A stretch of 64,000 bases of DNA from Tetramitus jugosus (taxonomy: Eukaryota > Protista > Heterolobosea). The DNA lies in assembly GCA_937625935.1 (NCBI GenBank), contig OW569360.1:124001-188000 (forward strand). The letters are read 5' to 3'. This document shows, one piece after another, positions 10,338 through 21,740 of the stretch. The position numbers were made by a program, and so were the translations under genes. The notes under the pieces are model-generated. The model did not search any database. It was not told the DNA's origin and saw nothing but the letters and a program-made list of their open reading frames with translations. Positions within the stretch are counted from its first letter, which is position 1. Each line of letters starts with the position of its first letter.

Positions 10338-13300
10338 ATGTTGAACGAGGATGCTTCTCCCGTGGCAGCATCACCCACTCCCATGTTCACTGGCAGAGAA
10401 GACGATGAAAAGCTAGTGATTGATCTCATCAATCAAATTCAATGCGAATCAGACAGTCAACAAAAAGTGAATCTACTGTGTCAAGTCGAAGAAATCTTGT
10501 TGAGAAAACAGCCCAGTATCATGCCCATTTTTCTAAAGAGAGTGCTTGAATTTCACTTGGACACGAGTAGTTCAGTCAAGTGCTTCTTGTCTCAATTTAT
10601 TCAAAAATTGGCAATTACAGTGTGTACAACATTGGAGTCGATTCAATCACCACAGACACTGTCCATCATGAAGGACTGTGTAGAGACGTTGTTGTACTTG
10701 TACAATGATGGAAGTCCAAAGGTTTTGAAGAGTGTCATCTCATCGACTACTGTGTGCTACATGAGATCACTATTGTTAATGTATGTGATGACAGACGACA
10801 TGTGTGTTTTGTTTTTTTTTTCTCACCAGCTATATAGCGCTTCACTGTTGTAACCATAACAAACACACACTCATTTTTTTTTATTCCAATCGATGATGAT
10901 GATGACGACGATGACATGAAACGATAGTTGTAAAATTACAATGAATATGCAAACACAGACAGATTGTACAAAACTGTGGAGTATCATGACGCAATTAAAG
11001 AGAAGAATGGCAGACAGTTTAGACAATGAACATGAGGGAGTTCGAACACAAGCGATTCACTTTTTTGAATATTTGGTGATTGCATATTCCTCACCTCCAC
11101 CATCTCCTATTATTGTTGCAACGAGAAAGGGATCAAAGTTTACGAACAAGCAATCTGATGATGAATTCAATTTGAGTATGATACCGATGAAGCATCCATT
11201 GTTGGACATGGAGAGCATACGGAAGGAAGGTGAACAATATTTTGGGTTGTTGTTGACCAATGCAACCAACAAGTCAATGTGTGTATACTATTTTTGTGAT
11301 CTTCTTTGGTGGTTTTTGTTTGATATTTGTGATGAATGATCATTTTGCTAATGCATGACTTTTTCCACTATTCGATTGAAACGTGTGATCCGTGATCTGT
11401 GTTATCTACATTTCGTTTTGGCTTTGCATCTGCAGTAAATATAGCAATATCAGTGTCATACATCAATGCATGTTCAATATTGCAAAACAGAGAACGAATT
11501 GGTGGGATCAAATCATACCAATCTTGTACGATCCTCCACTGCCACCTCAATTGACTTCCTCTCAGCAAATTAGCCTTCGATTCTCCCAGAGATCCATTTT
11601 GCTCTATTTGTTGAAAATGCCAGCTCTTAAACAGTTCCGCAATCCAATTGCTGCCACATTGAAGAAATTAGATACGAAATCAGATGCTATCGATTCAGCA
11701 ATTCGTTATGCAGACGTATGTTGTTGTTTTACTGTTGTTGTTATTGTTGTTAATGATTTTGTCGTTGTTGTTCTATGCAAGAGCATAAACAAACACATAT
11801 CAATCATTATTTTTGTTTTTTATGTGCTTATTAACAATGGTATTGGCAATTATTTTAGAGAGCTGTGGCTGCATCAGCAAGTCGTTCTAAAGAGCAAGAT
11901 GCAACCAAATCCCAGAGTGATAAGAAGAGAAAGATTGCAGAATCCGAAGAAGCACCAAAGAAGAAGAAGAAGAAGCATCGTCCGGAAATGGAGGCGACTG
12001 GAACGATTCCACCTCTGTCCATTCTGTTTGATACGCCAATAGGAAGCTATCATGCTGTAGATTTGGCCAATATCGTCGTTGATAACTTTTTAGCCTCTAA
12101 CGTACAACCAAAAGACTCTAATTATCAGTTATCGTTCATATCTTTTGCCAATATTTTGATGAATATGACATCAGAGTTAGAAAAGCAGGACAATCTGGAA
12201 CTGCAAACATTTGTGTCCGAACCATTGCCTCCTAAATCATCCCAAGAGGCAGCATCAATTCAGGATCCTCGTCTCGCTGATCCTCGATTAGCCGCAGCGA
12301 TGCAAAGCGAAGGAATGAAGATGGAAGATGAAGACGAATCTCAAGTCATTATTCAACGCAGAGTACAAACCGAACAGGAAATTGAAGAGAAGAAAGTTGC
12401 GAGACAAATTATTACGCACCGAGACTTTGAATCAAAGGCTCGTCAACTCTCAGCCAAAGACAAAAAGTTTTTGTTAAATGTCGGATGGGAACATATTGTT
12501 ACGTCCGAGACTGAAATCAACAGAGAAGGAAAACAAACTCTAAGAATTGCTCTGTTGGTTAAAATGATATCTAAAAAGTCAGAAACTAACGACTGGTTTA
12601 CTGATCTATTGAAGCATATCAAACAGGATGTGAAGGCTAGAATGGATCTCGCATTGCAGTGGCTTCATCAGGAATACACCAATTGCTGCATCAACCACAA
12701 AAAGAAGCAATCGAGAAACATATTGAAAGAGGAAACACAAGATGGTGACATTGTCAAGACTGAACAAGTGGAAGAACAAGAACCAATTTCCTTTTCTCGT
12801 TATGAAAATCTGTTCCACTCTATCCTGGGATTTTTGAAGGAAGAATTAGAGCCAAATGATCTTCTCTTTGCTCGCTTCTATGTTCAAGCCCCACGTATCA
12901 CTACAGAGAGTTTGAACATTGTACGATCATACATTGAAGATCCTATTCGTTTAACTCTGGGATTGATTACACTAAGAGACATAGTTCTCAGAAGAGAACC
13001 TGTTCGTAATTTATCGCTAACGTACATGCTCGAATATGCCATTCATGAAAACTCCAACATAAGAACGGCTGCTGTTCGTATTCTTGTGGATCAACTGCTG
13101 TCTGTTCCCTATTTTACAGAGAGAATTGAAGAGTTTGCCAAAGATGCAGTCAAAAAACTGCTCGAACCTTCAACACTTGAATCAATCAAGCATATCGCGG
13201 AACAAAAACGACAGCAACAACTCATCGAACATGAACAATTGGTTCAATCTTCAACAGAAAAGATTCCTGATATGCCAAAAATTAATTTTGAAGCCGAACA

Positions 13301-14384
13301 GGTGATAAGGCATTGCTCGCTCATCTCGTCACTCTGCCTGTTGAAGTCAGAGTTTTTTACATTGTTCTTGTCCATCTTTAGCGAACTCAAGAAGCAGGAT
13401 GTAGATAAGGCAATACTGGACGCTCTTGCCATTGAACTCCGATCTCTTGCGAGACTCTTGGGAACTCAATCACCTGTGATCATGAACTTGTTGAAATCAT
13501 TCCCAGATGAATTAGAAGAATTAGTGCTGCATTTTGTCGAAGATCTCACGCCTCCAACAGTACTTCTATCCCCTGAAATAGTATCCGCGATCAAATCCAT
13601 TTTCTTCTCGCGACCACAAAAGAATGCTCGCTTCTTGTTACCAGTCATGGTGTTCTTGACCAAAGAAGAAGTAGATCAAAGTTTGGAACATATTTTAAAT
13701 TTGGATAACACATTGTTGAAGGTATCTATTCACAGGCTCATCCAAGCAAATATGAACGGTGTGAGGAAGGATGCTTACACTCCACAAGAACTACTCATCA
13801 CACTACACAAGTATGATCATACGACAGATCAAGCACTCTTAAAGAAGATTGCCTTTGCTACGACCTCGTGTTTTGGAAGAGAATATAGACAAATATTTAC
13901 GCCAAATGTTTTAGCAGCCGTCATACAGCATCTGGTTGATATGACACCAATGCCTCAACTATTGATGAGAACTGTAATACAAACACTAAAGAACTACCCA
14001 GAAATGGAAGAATTTATTGCTGGTACGTTAGTGAAACTGATCCAGAAGCAAATCTGGGAGAACAAGTCACTATGGATTGGCTTTGTGAAATGCCTGGATC
14101 AAATGAAGGACAGAAGTGTAGCAAGAGTTCACGAAATTCTAGCTCAACTACCTTCCAAATGCAACCATATGATCTTCACGGATAAGGCAAATGCAGCAAT
14201 GAAGGAGAAGTTAAGAATGTTTTGCATCGCTACGCAACCAAGGAACTCCACAGATAACCTGTTGAAACACCTGGGCTTCAAATACAACAGTCAACGAGAA
14301 ATCGTAACTCTGTCTCGGGAAGAAACAGCACAGGTGGCCAAGGAGTATGCAACAGAGGAACCAGAAGCAGAAGAAGAAAAATAA
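10338..14384 (+). CDS. SYMPK: Symplekin (4 exons: 10338-10780, 10928-11278, 11436-11715, 11859-14384)
   Basis: HEAT N-domain (NEHEGVRTQAIHFFE, NIAKQR), DPR motifs, C-domain (LALQWLHQEY, PQLLMRTVIQTL, QIWENKSLWIGFVKC). Three GT-AG introns keep the frame. Confidence 0.9.
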
Positions 14385-14470
14385 ATGTTTCTGCGTTTTG
14401 ACAGTCTTTTTATCAACACTTTTTGGTTTTTGTACAATAAAATTTGTTGTTGTGATATACAATCTAGTAT

Positions 14471-16021
14471 CTAGTGACTTCTCGGAGATGTGATCCTGCC
14501 TGAAACAACAGAAGTCTTCCGTCTGTTTCTGCTCTCGTATCTCTTCAGCTTTCTGAAATCAACAATAGAGTCATAGGCCATTCTCTTCAAGGTGTCAGTG
14601 TCATGTGCAGAGAATTCGTCCAACTTGAAATCAAATTCCTTGTCGCACACTCTGAGATCACTGGCACGGAAAATGTCCTTAAAGTATGGATGATGCAGAG
14701 CTTCTTCGGATGTGAGACGCTTTGCTGGATTGAACACTAAAATCTTCTTGAGCAAATCAAGTGCCAATGGATTGGCATTATGGAACATTTCCAAGCGTTC
14801 AAACTCGACTGGAACAGACCTAGGCAATGTACTGAAGAATCGATGGGCTTCTGGACTTCCACCCACTTCACCACCATCGTCCGGCGTGCCCAAAAAGTAA
14901 ATAATTCTTCGCAGTTGATCCATGGAACTCGATCCATTGAACAACACCTTTCTTCCAATCATTTCAGCCATGATACAACCAATACTCCACATATCAGTCT
15001 GCTTGTTTCCATCAGAATTACCCAATAACAATTCTGGTGCTCGATACCACCTTGTCTGTACATAGTTTGTGCTCATTCTAGGGTCCACTTCTTCCAATTT
15101 TCGCGCCAATCCAAAATCACAAATCTTCAATTGACAATTCGCATTCAACAAAATGTTTTCAGGCTTGAGATCACGATGAAGAATGTTGGCCGATTGGTAG
15201 TACAGCACACCGAGCAATAGCTGATACATGAGCCATTGAACGTGCTTATCACTCAACTCTTGAGGACTTCCCAGAACACACTTCAAATCAGTGTCCATCA
15301 AATCAGTGACATAGTACACGTCACCAAACAGTTCATAGGACTTTGGCAGAATGATATCGTGCAGATGAATGAGATTTGGATGGCCTCTGAGATGCATCAG
15401 AATACGAAGCTCTCTCAAGATTCGCTTCTGTGCAGTTAATGAACCTCCTTTGAATGCAATGTGACTTGGATCAATAGCTATTGTGGTCACACTGCCACTG
15501 CTACTCGACGAACTGCCATTGGTGCTCGTGTTGGTGTTCGTGCTTGTGACGCTTGATGACTGATTTTCAACCGTAGACGACGAAGAGGACCAACCAAATA
15601 ATCCCCGCCTTTTGCTATTGGAAGCGGCAGAATTTGCTCCGCTGCCATTTACTCCGACCCCGACAATGGAAGTCCCCTCGGAGGATTGATTTTCCTGGTG
15701 TTGTTGCTGTTGCTGTTGTTGTTCGAGGCACTTGTCTGGGTTGCTCAGTCGTCTCTTTCTAGGGTAGACGGTTCTATTTTTCTTGATTGCTAATTTGAGT
15801 TCAGGGTTGGTATGATCCTCTGCACTGTACACGACACCGTATGCACCTTGACCCATCCAATTCACTAGCTTATATCGCTTGGGTATCTCAAAAGTTTCCG
15901 TGCCCATCTGAATCACTTGAAATTCTTCGAGAGGACCAGAGGGAGCACTCATCATGCTCTGTGAGGCACTAATGGACTCACTGGCGCTTAGTTCACTGTT
16001 TAATGACTCGTACATGTTCAT
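14471..16021 (-). CDS. MAP kinase with T-N-Y activation loop and low-complexity N-lobe insert
   Basis: GQGAYGVV, LAIKK, RILRELRIL, HRDLKPEN, LKICDFGLAR, TNYVQTRWYRAPE, ALHHPYF. Confidence 0.95.
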   Translation of the reverse strand: MNMYESLNSELSASESISASQSMMSAPSGPLEEFQVIQMGTETFEIPKRYKLVNWMGQGAYGVVYSAEDHTNPELKLAIKKNRTVYPRKRRLSNPDKCLEQQQQQQQHQENQSSEGTSIVGVGVNGSGANSAASNSKRRGLFGWSSSSSTVENQSSSVTSTNTNTSTNGSSSSSSGSVTTIAIDPSHIAFKGGSLTAQKRILRELRILMHLRGHPNLIHLHDIILPKSYELFGDVYYVTDLMDTDLKCVLGSPQELSDKHVQWLMYQLLLGVLYYQSANILHRDLKPENILLNANCQLKICDFGLARKLEEVDPRMSTNYVQTRWYRAPELLLGNSDGNKQTDMWSIGCIMAEMIGRKVLFNGSSSMDQLRRIIYFLGTPDDGGEVGGSPEAHRFFSTLPRSVPVEFERLEMFHNANPLALDLLKKILVFNPAKRLTSEEALHHPYFKDIFRASDLRVCDKEFDFKLDEFSAHDTDTLKRMAYDSIVDFRKLKRYESRNRRKTSVVSGRITSPRSH

Positions 16022-16604
16022 TTTTTATGATTGTTGATTGTTTGTTGGAGGTTTGATATGATGATTGAACTAGTCAAGGAGTAAAAAAACAATTTTTGGT
16101 TGTTGTTATGGGTAATGAGTATAGGTATGGAGATGGATTGTTATTAGGTGTGCTGTGTTGTTGTTGTTGTTTGGTTATTTGTTTCTCACAGCAAGAGAGT
16201 CGTTCCAACAGTTGATGTTGCGACTATGGCGCACTAAAAGGACTATCGAACCCAAGGGAATCCCTATTCGCTTGATGTGACAGTTTTGCTGACATGCGAT
16301 TACAAAGTGCGAATCTCAGACGGAGTAATAGTCCAATTTTAGTGGAAGACCTCGTTCCGTGAATACTTCCATTGTCCGCCTCGATGATGGTGGATGCCTC
16401 ACCACCTTTTATTGATCAAGATAACTGCATTGAGTGACAGTTGAATGACCTTGTGGAATAGCGGGAAGCATGAACGAAGTCTCTCTTTGGTGAACTATTG
16501 CTCAGGTATTTCTGTTTGGTAGAGCAGGTTTATGTTTGGGGAGAGATCACAACTTGATAATTCGGGCGATTTTGACGAAGCCGATCACATAAAACAAGTT
16601 GACC

Positions 16605-17693
16605 ATGCCCAAGTATCTCAACGCCAAAACACAAGATCAGGAAAAAGTTGCCAACAACACTCCATCGAAGACTGATCAACAAATAACATTACAACGACAC
16701 TATTCTTCTTTTCAATACTCTTCTTCTGGAGTGATCGCAGGAATATGCACTGCCTTCGTTAATCAACCATTGGACACTGTAAAGTCCAGGCTTCAAGTCC
16801 AGGGTATGAAGTGCCAAGTTTCAAGTGGGCACTGCAATACGAATGCTGTTTTACCAGAACTTCGATCTTACCATGGAGGAACGTTTCAGACATTGCAATC
16901 AATTTACAAGGAAGAGGGTTTTCGATCTCTCTACAAGGGTTTACCTCCCTCCATGCTCTCTATTCCTCTAAGTATGGGCGTTTTCTTCCCCATTTACCAC
17001 AAATGCAAGATTTACTACTCGGAGTGGTTCAACAAGAGCGTAATGAATCCACTTGTAATTTGCCCTTCGGTGATCTCCAGTTGGCTAACATCGTCTCTAT
17101 TCGTGTCTCCCATTAGCTTAGTCAAGGTGAGATTGCAGACACAACCATTCGAACATGGGATGCTCAGAATGTTTCGAAATATTATCCAAAAGGATGGTTT
17201 CATGTCACTGTACCAAGGGTACAAGGGTCACCTCTTTGGTTCCATCTTCTTCAGTATTTTCTTCTCCATCTACGACCCACTGAAGCATTTTCTGTCACAT
17301 AGAACTGGGTTTCCAATTGTAGTTGTCTCTCCATTTGCCAATCTAGCCTCAATGTCCATTGCATGTCTCATCAACTACCCAAATGATCTCATTCTATCTC
17401 GCATGCAGTACCAACGTCCCTCCAACCGTCAGTACAGCGGCTACTTGGACGCAGTGCGAAAAATTATCACATGTGAAGGTTGGTTAGGGCTGTACACGGG
17501 ATTACCGACCTATTTACTCCGAATTGCAATCTCCAGTATCGTCAGTATGAGCGTATTCGAATTATGCTTACATCAGTGGGAAGCTTACATTATCAGCAAT
17601 TCGACTGAGCGGTTTGAAACGAACTTAGCGACCGAGCACCCCCCATCAACACCGCAGAAATCAAAAAAGGCCACCCATGATCCCATAACTTGA
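16605..17693 (+). CDS. Mitochondrial carrier family protein (NAD+/folate/FAD carrier-like)
   Basis: Three carrier repeats: QPLDTVKSRLQVQ, SPISLVKVRLQTQ, YPNDLILSRMQ, with EG..SLYKG-type motifs. Confidence 0.85.
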   Translation: MPKYLNAKTQDQEKVANNTPSKTDQQITLQRHYSSFQYSSSGVIAGICTAFVNQPLDTVKSRLQVQGMKCQVSSGHCNTNAVLPELRSYHGGTFQTLQSIYKEEGFRSLYKGLPPSMLSIPLSMGVFFPIYHKCKIYYSEWFNKSVMNPLVICPSVISSWLTSSLFVSPISLVKVRLQTQPFEHGMLRMFRNIIQKDGFMSLYQGYKGHLFGSIFFSIFFSIYDPLKHFLSHRTGFPIVVVSPFANLASMSIACLINYPNDLILSRMQYQRPSNRQYSGYLDAVRKIITCEGWLGLYTGLPTYLLRIAISSIVSMSVFELCLHQWEAYIISNSTERFETNLATEHPPSTPQKSKKATHDPIT

Positions 17694-17782
17694 AGGACAC
17701 GCTCTCCCATTCTCGGACAAAAAAGCAGTGAACAGTCAAAAATCAGCAACCACAACACAAAAAGTTGAAACAACACAACAAT

Positions 17783-18630
17783 ATGATACTACCTCTGACC
17801 AATCATAATAACGCGTATTACCACAAGAATGCTCTTCCACCTGCACTCGAGCTTTTTACAAAGTTTTATCACTCTAGCAGAAGAACAAAGATTGTGTTGC
17901 TCGTAAGTTGTTGTCATTTTCTTTTGTGTGGTGTTCTTTCATCTGTTGTGTGTTGGATCATAGAAGCTAATGTCTCTCTCTCATTCAACGAAAAAAATGG
18001 ATATCTGATTTTGGTTTTTTTGAAGTTTTTGATTGTGATGATTCAAATGGTTGTCTACTGGCTTTACATTAAGCATTACATTAGTGAGAGAGTGTTCTTG
18101 CATGATGAGCTCTTACAAGATAGTAAATTGAAGCGCTACGTTGTTGATGAGTTGGTGGTTTTGTCCAACAATGAGACACCAACTCGTCAACAACAGTGTT
18201 ATCACCTGACTGGTGTCAGGAGTGACCCTCAATTCAGACAAATGAAATGTCTCTTGAATCAAATTGGTAAATTCAACAAACAATTTGTGAGTATAGCTAT
18301 CAGTGGCAGCGAGAACATTCAGAGCTTTGAACAAAAGGTGAAACAATTTGCAGAGGTAAGTGCTCCATCCAGCATATGATTTTGATTGCTATTTTATGTG
18401 TTGATTGATCATTGAACTCATTTTGTTTGTTTTTGTAGGATCACGAGGTATCAATGATCAAACCTGAGGCATTCCAATCAGCTCCAATCGCTCTGTTCCA
18501 CAATGATTGTTCAGGTGGAAAGTATGAACTTGTTTCAGGAAAGAACAAGGTTCAGAGTTTACTGTGGGAGACGCACAAAAAATCGCTATCTGATGTGAAA
18601 AGCAAGCAAGCATTCCTATCGCTGTGCTAA
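17783..18630 (+). CDS. Hypothetical membrane-anchored protein (3 predicted exons: 17783-17902, 18026-18355, 18439-18630), MDH1B/PPIL6-N-terminal-like domain
   Basis: GTAAGT donors at 17903 and 18356 with pyrimidine-rich AG acceptors give a continuous frame to TAA 18630. One hydrophobic segment precedes the soluble domain. Confidence 0.55.
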
Positions 18631-18707
18631 CAAACTGATTTATTCCCATTTTGTGTAGTATAGAAGAAGAGATAACAAAAGATGGATGGATCCCCCTATC
18701 CAAATCA

Positions 18708-19892
18708 TTATTTATTCAACGTTGCTTCTGCTCTTTCAATAATGGCGCCGACTGCTTTGGAGCCTGCTGCACTGAAGGCAGCCCCATGAATCATATTGGG
18801 CAATATTTCTACATAGACTGGTACATTTGCTTGCTTGAGTCTCTCTCCATATTCAATGGCTTCACTTTTTAAGATGTCAACCTCTACTGGAATGATAATA
18901 GTTGTTGGCAATTGATCAAATCGAGTATTGTGCTTGTTTGGCCCCAAGACAGCCAGATAGCTGTACTCTGGATCATTGATGATTGTTTCCATCGTTGCAT
19001 TGGCATATCTGGACCACATGGAGGTCAACACTGCTCGATCAAGTAGAAGACCGTGCTGGCTATACTCAATATATGTTTCGAACTTGTTTTCATCATAAGG
19101 ATAGTAATAAACTGCTGGATAAATCAAAATTTGTCTTCGAATCATGAAATGACTGAGGACATCCGGATCCTGAGCTCGAACATCTCTTAATCGATGAGTC
19201 ACAGAAGAGATCAAGTTGGCACCAGCACTGTCACCAACCAGAGTCACATCTGATCCATCAATGTTGTAATTAGCAAGAACACCTCTCTTTCTTGAGGCAT
19301 ACAACACTGCAAACAAGCAGTCATTGACTGCTTGCTGGTAGCTGAAGAATGGAATTTTTCTGTAATTGATGGACAACACAGCCACATTGAACTTTGCACC
19401 AAAGTAACGCAACTGCTTATCATACACATCTATATTATTCAAATGCCAACCACCGCCATGAAGATAGATCCAAATGGGCAGCTTTTGATCTTTTAGAGTC
19501 TTTGGCACGTACAATCTCATTGGCAATGACTTGTCTTGACTCAATGTGTAATCACCCTTCAAAAACACTGATTCCTCACCAGCAGAAACACCATCACTCA
19601 CGCCTCTACCATTCACACGATAGGAAGCATTGAAATCATGCCGAATGAACAAGCTGGCAACAGATGACTCGTCCACAGAATCAGTGGTCGAGTTTCTCAA
19701 GGTACTAATCTTTTCATAGAATCGAGTAGGCTCCATATACAGATAACTGTACTTGAACTTGCATGAGGCAACGAATGTGTTCCAACCAAGCTTTTGGTAA
19801 GGTGTTTGCAAGTAGCAATAGATGACATAGGATATGATCACTGTGAGGACAGTGGCAACAAATTGGCCAATCAATCTACCAAGAGATGACAT
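18708..19892 (-). CDS. Hormone-sensitive-lipase family alpha/beta hydrolase (AADAC-like) with N-terminal membrane anchor
   Basis: YLHGGGW oxyanion motif, GDSAGA nucleophile, DIL (Asp) and MIHG (His). Confidence 0.92.
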   Translation of the reverse strand: MSSLGRLIGQFVATVLTVIISYVIYCYLQTPYQKLGWNTFVASCKFKYSYLYMEPTRFYEKISTLRNSTTDSVDESSVASLFIRHDFNASYRVNGRGVSDGVSAGEESVFLKGDYTLSQDKSLPMRLYVPKTLKDQKLPIWIYLHGGGWHLNNIDVYDKQLRYFGAKFNVAVLSINYRKIPFFSYQQAVNDCLFAVLYASRKRGVLANYNIDGSDVTLVGDSAGANLISSVTHRLRDVRAQDPDVLSHFMIRRQILIYPAVYYYPYDENKFETYIEYSQHGLLLDRAVLTSMWSRYANATMETIINDPEYSYLAVLGPNKHNTRFDQLPTTIIIPVEVDILKSEAIEYGERLKQANVPVYVEILPNMIHGAAFSAAGSKAVGAIIERAEATLNK

Positions 19893-20004
19893 TTGTGTGT
19901 GAATTCAAGTGTCTTTTCGAAAAGTTTGCTGCGCATGCAAATCTTTTTAACCAAATCGCGGAGAAACAAGGGCGGACTGTGGAGAAACTCCAAAACAAAT
20001 CCTG

Positions 20005-20595
20005 ATGGGTCAATTGCTAACATCAGAAGCTGTGATCAATAAGCTACCAGTGTCAAGGCTCAACAAGTATCGAATTGGTTACTTGAAAGCTGGTGGTCAT
20101 CCCTTGTTGGGCGTCTCTGGTATTCCCAATCCAAGACTAACGGCCATTCTTGTTACTGTAATCGTTGGAGGAATGTACCTTGTTCCGTTGGAGATGATGA
20201 AACAAAATTTGAAGAGTGATATGCAAGGTCGTGTAGATGAGCGAAAGATGCGTGAAGGCATGTTTGCTCTTCAAATGCTAGAGTACTTTGATGACGACGC
20301 ATCGAAAACGAATCCAACAAGAGAACTGTTGACAGTGAGGAGAGGTGTGATGAAATCGATTGAGCCAATACCGGGTTATACAACCATGATTGAAGTGAGT
20401 GATGATGATGATGATAAGAAGAAGAGCAATGACGACAGTGGTGACAATGGTGAAGAAGAGCTTGTGGATGTCGAACGGTGGCCACACATGTTCGAACAAA
20501 GACATTCCCTGTTTTACAGGAATCAAGTACGGAGGAAGATGCAACAAGTGCAGGCACAAATCGAAGAATTAGAAGGTGAATTACTCAAGGTTTAA
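20005..20595 (+). CDS. Hypothetical single-TM protein, weak resemblance to NDUFA13/GRIM-19
   Basis: 196-aa ORF. A TM segment is followed by MMKQN...DERKMREGMFALQMLE. Confidence 0.55.
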   Translation: MGQLLTSEAVINKLPVSRLNKYRIGYLKAGGHPLLGVSGIPNPRLTAILVTVIVGGMYLVPLEMMKQNLKSDMQGRVDERKMREGMFALQMLEYFDDDASKTNPTRELLTVRRGVMKSIEPIPGYTTMIEVSDDDDDKKKSNDDSGDNGEEELVDVERWPHMFEQRHSLFYRNQVRRKMQQVQAQIEELEGELLKV

Positions 20596-20725
20596 TCGTT
20601 GTTGTTTTCATTTTTACAAAAAAGGAACAAAAGTGGTCTATGCAAGTTGGTGTGTTTGTGCGTGTTTGGATGCACGAACAAAGGCAAATGTTCTCTCTCT
20701 CAAATCTCATATGAGGAGAAGTGTC

Positions 20726-21448
20726 TTAATCCGAGTCGCTATCATCCGATCCAGCATCACTATCACCACCATCATCATTCTCAATAGGTCCTAATGGTGA
20801 AGGTGCATCAGGAGTATCCAACAGTGCAGGATCATATCCAGCCATCACCATCTTGTGTTCCAATTGCTGTCTCGGCACACGAATCTTATAAAATAGAGTA
20901 AAAAAGTGAGAGAGTCTTGGATCTTGCTGACAAGTCATCACATTCGATGCCGCTGCTGCTGCTGTTGCATCACCCACTTCACCACCAACACCAGCAATAG
21001 GTCCTGGAGGAGGTGGAGGCAATGTTGAAGGAGCAGGTGGTCCACCACCCATCATTGGAGGTGGTGGTGGCGGTGGAGGAGGTCCACCTCCGCCCATTGG
21101 TGGTGGTGGAGGAGGTGGTGGTGGTGCACCAGTTCCATTCGCTGTTGTCGTCGTTGTGGCAGCTGCAGCTGTTGTTGTTGATTGTACACTTTGTTCTAAT
21201 CCTTCGATGGAATTGAGTTTGGCTTCCAATAGGCCCAACGTTATTTCGAGTCGTTGAATATCTGTGCCAACCTTGTTCAGTTTTTCTTCACAAGTGGATG
21301 CAAATCGATTGAGAAATTGAGTCGTAGAGACAACAAATGTGCTCACAAGGTCCAACGTGTAATGAAATTCGATGGCAGAGTTGTCTTCTAGTCTGCGCTT
21401 CCTATGTTTCCTCCTGAGGCCACGCACTGAAGCTGACTCGGCGGACAT
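20726..21448 (-). CDS. WASHC3: WASH complex subunit 3 (CCDC53)
   Basis: FVVSTTQFLNRFASTCEEKL...IQRLEITLGLLEAKLNSIEGL, polyproline linker, DPRLSHFF...KMVMAGYDPALLDTPDAP. Start taken at ATG 21448. Confidence 0.93.
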   Translation of the reverse strand: MSAESASVRGLRRKHRKRRLEDNSAIEFHYTLDLVSTFVVSTTQFLNRFASTCEEKLNKVGTDIQRLEITLGLLEAKLNSIEGLEQSVQSTTTAAAATTTTTANGTGAPPPPPPPPPMGGGGPPPPPPPPPMMGGGPPAPSTLPPPPPGPIAGVGGEVGDATAAAAASNVMTCQQDPRLSHFFTLFYKIRVPRQQLEHKMVMAGYDPALLDTPDAPSPLGPIENDDGGDSDAGSDDSDSD

Positions 21449-21740
21449 TGTCAAACTTGTGTTTTCGTCTTTCTTTTTTTTGTTGTCTTTTGCGTGACTT
21501 GGAAGGTTTGAGCTTTGGCGGGTTTTCACTGATGGAGTTATTCCGCCATCGGTGAAAGTAATATTATTCCGAATGAACGTCAAACTTGAACTCGAGTGTC
21601 TGTTCCACGTCGACTGCAGCGACAAAAACGCACGTGTATACCTTCGGCCTTGATTCAACAACAAGCTCTTTGCGATAGTGTTCTGCACCCACACAAACAA
21701 AGTAAAATCGACTATTTATTGTCAAGAGAAAATAACAACG

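Noticed and set aside
16389-16404. Hairpin GGTGGA-tgcc-TCCACC in the MAPK/carrier intergenic region
   Set aside because: A single 6-bp stem is expected by chance, and no larger ncRNA structure is evident.
21449-21700. N-terminal extensions of ORF-track calls starting at TTG/GTG (WASHC3; likewise the amine oxidase 34003-34248 and repeat protein 44869-45036)
   Set aside because: In this eukaryotic context the extensions run through promoter or UTR sequence. Family similarity or the signal peptide begins at the downstream ATG.
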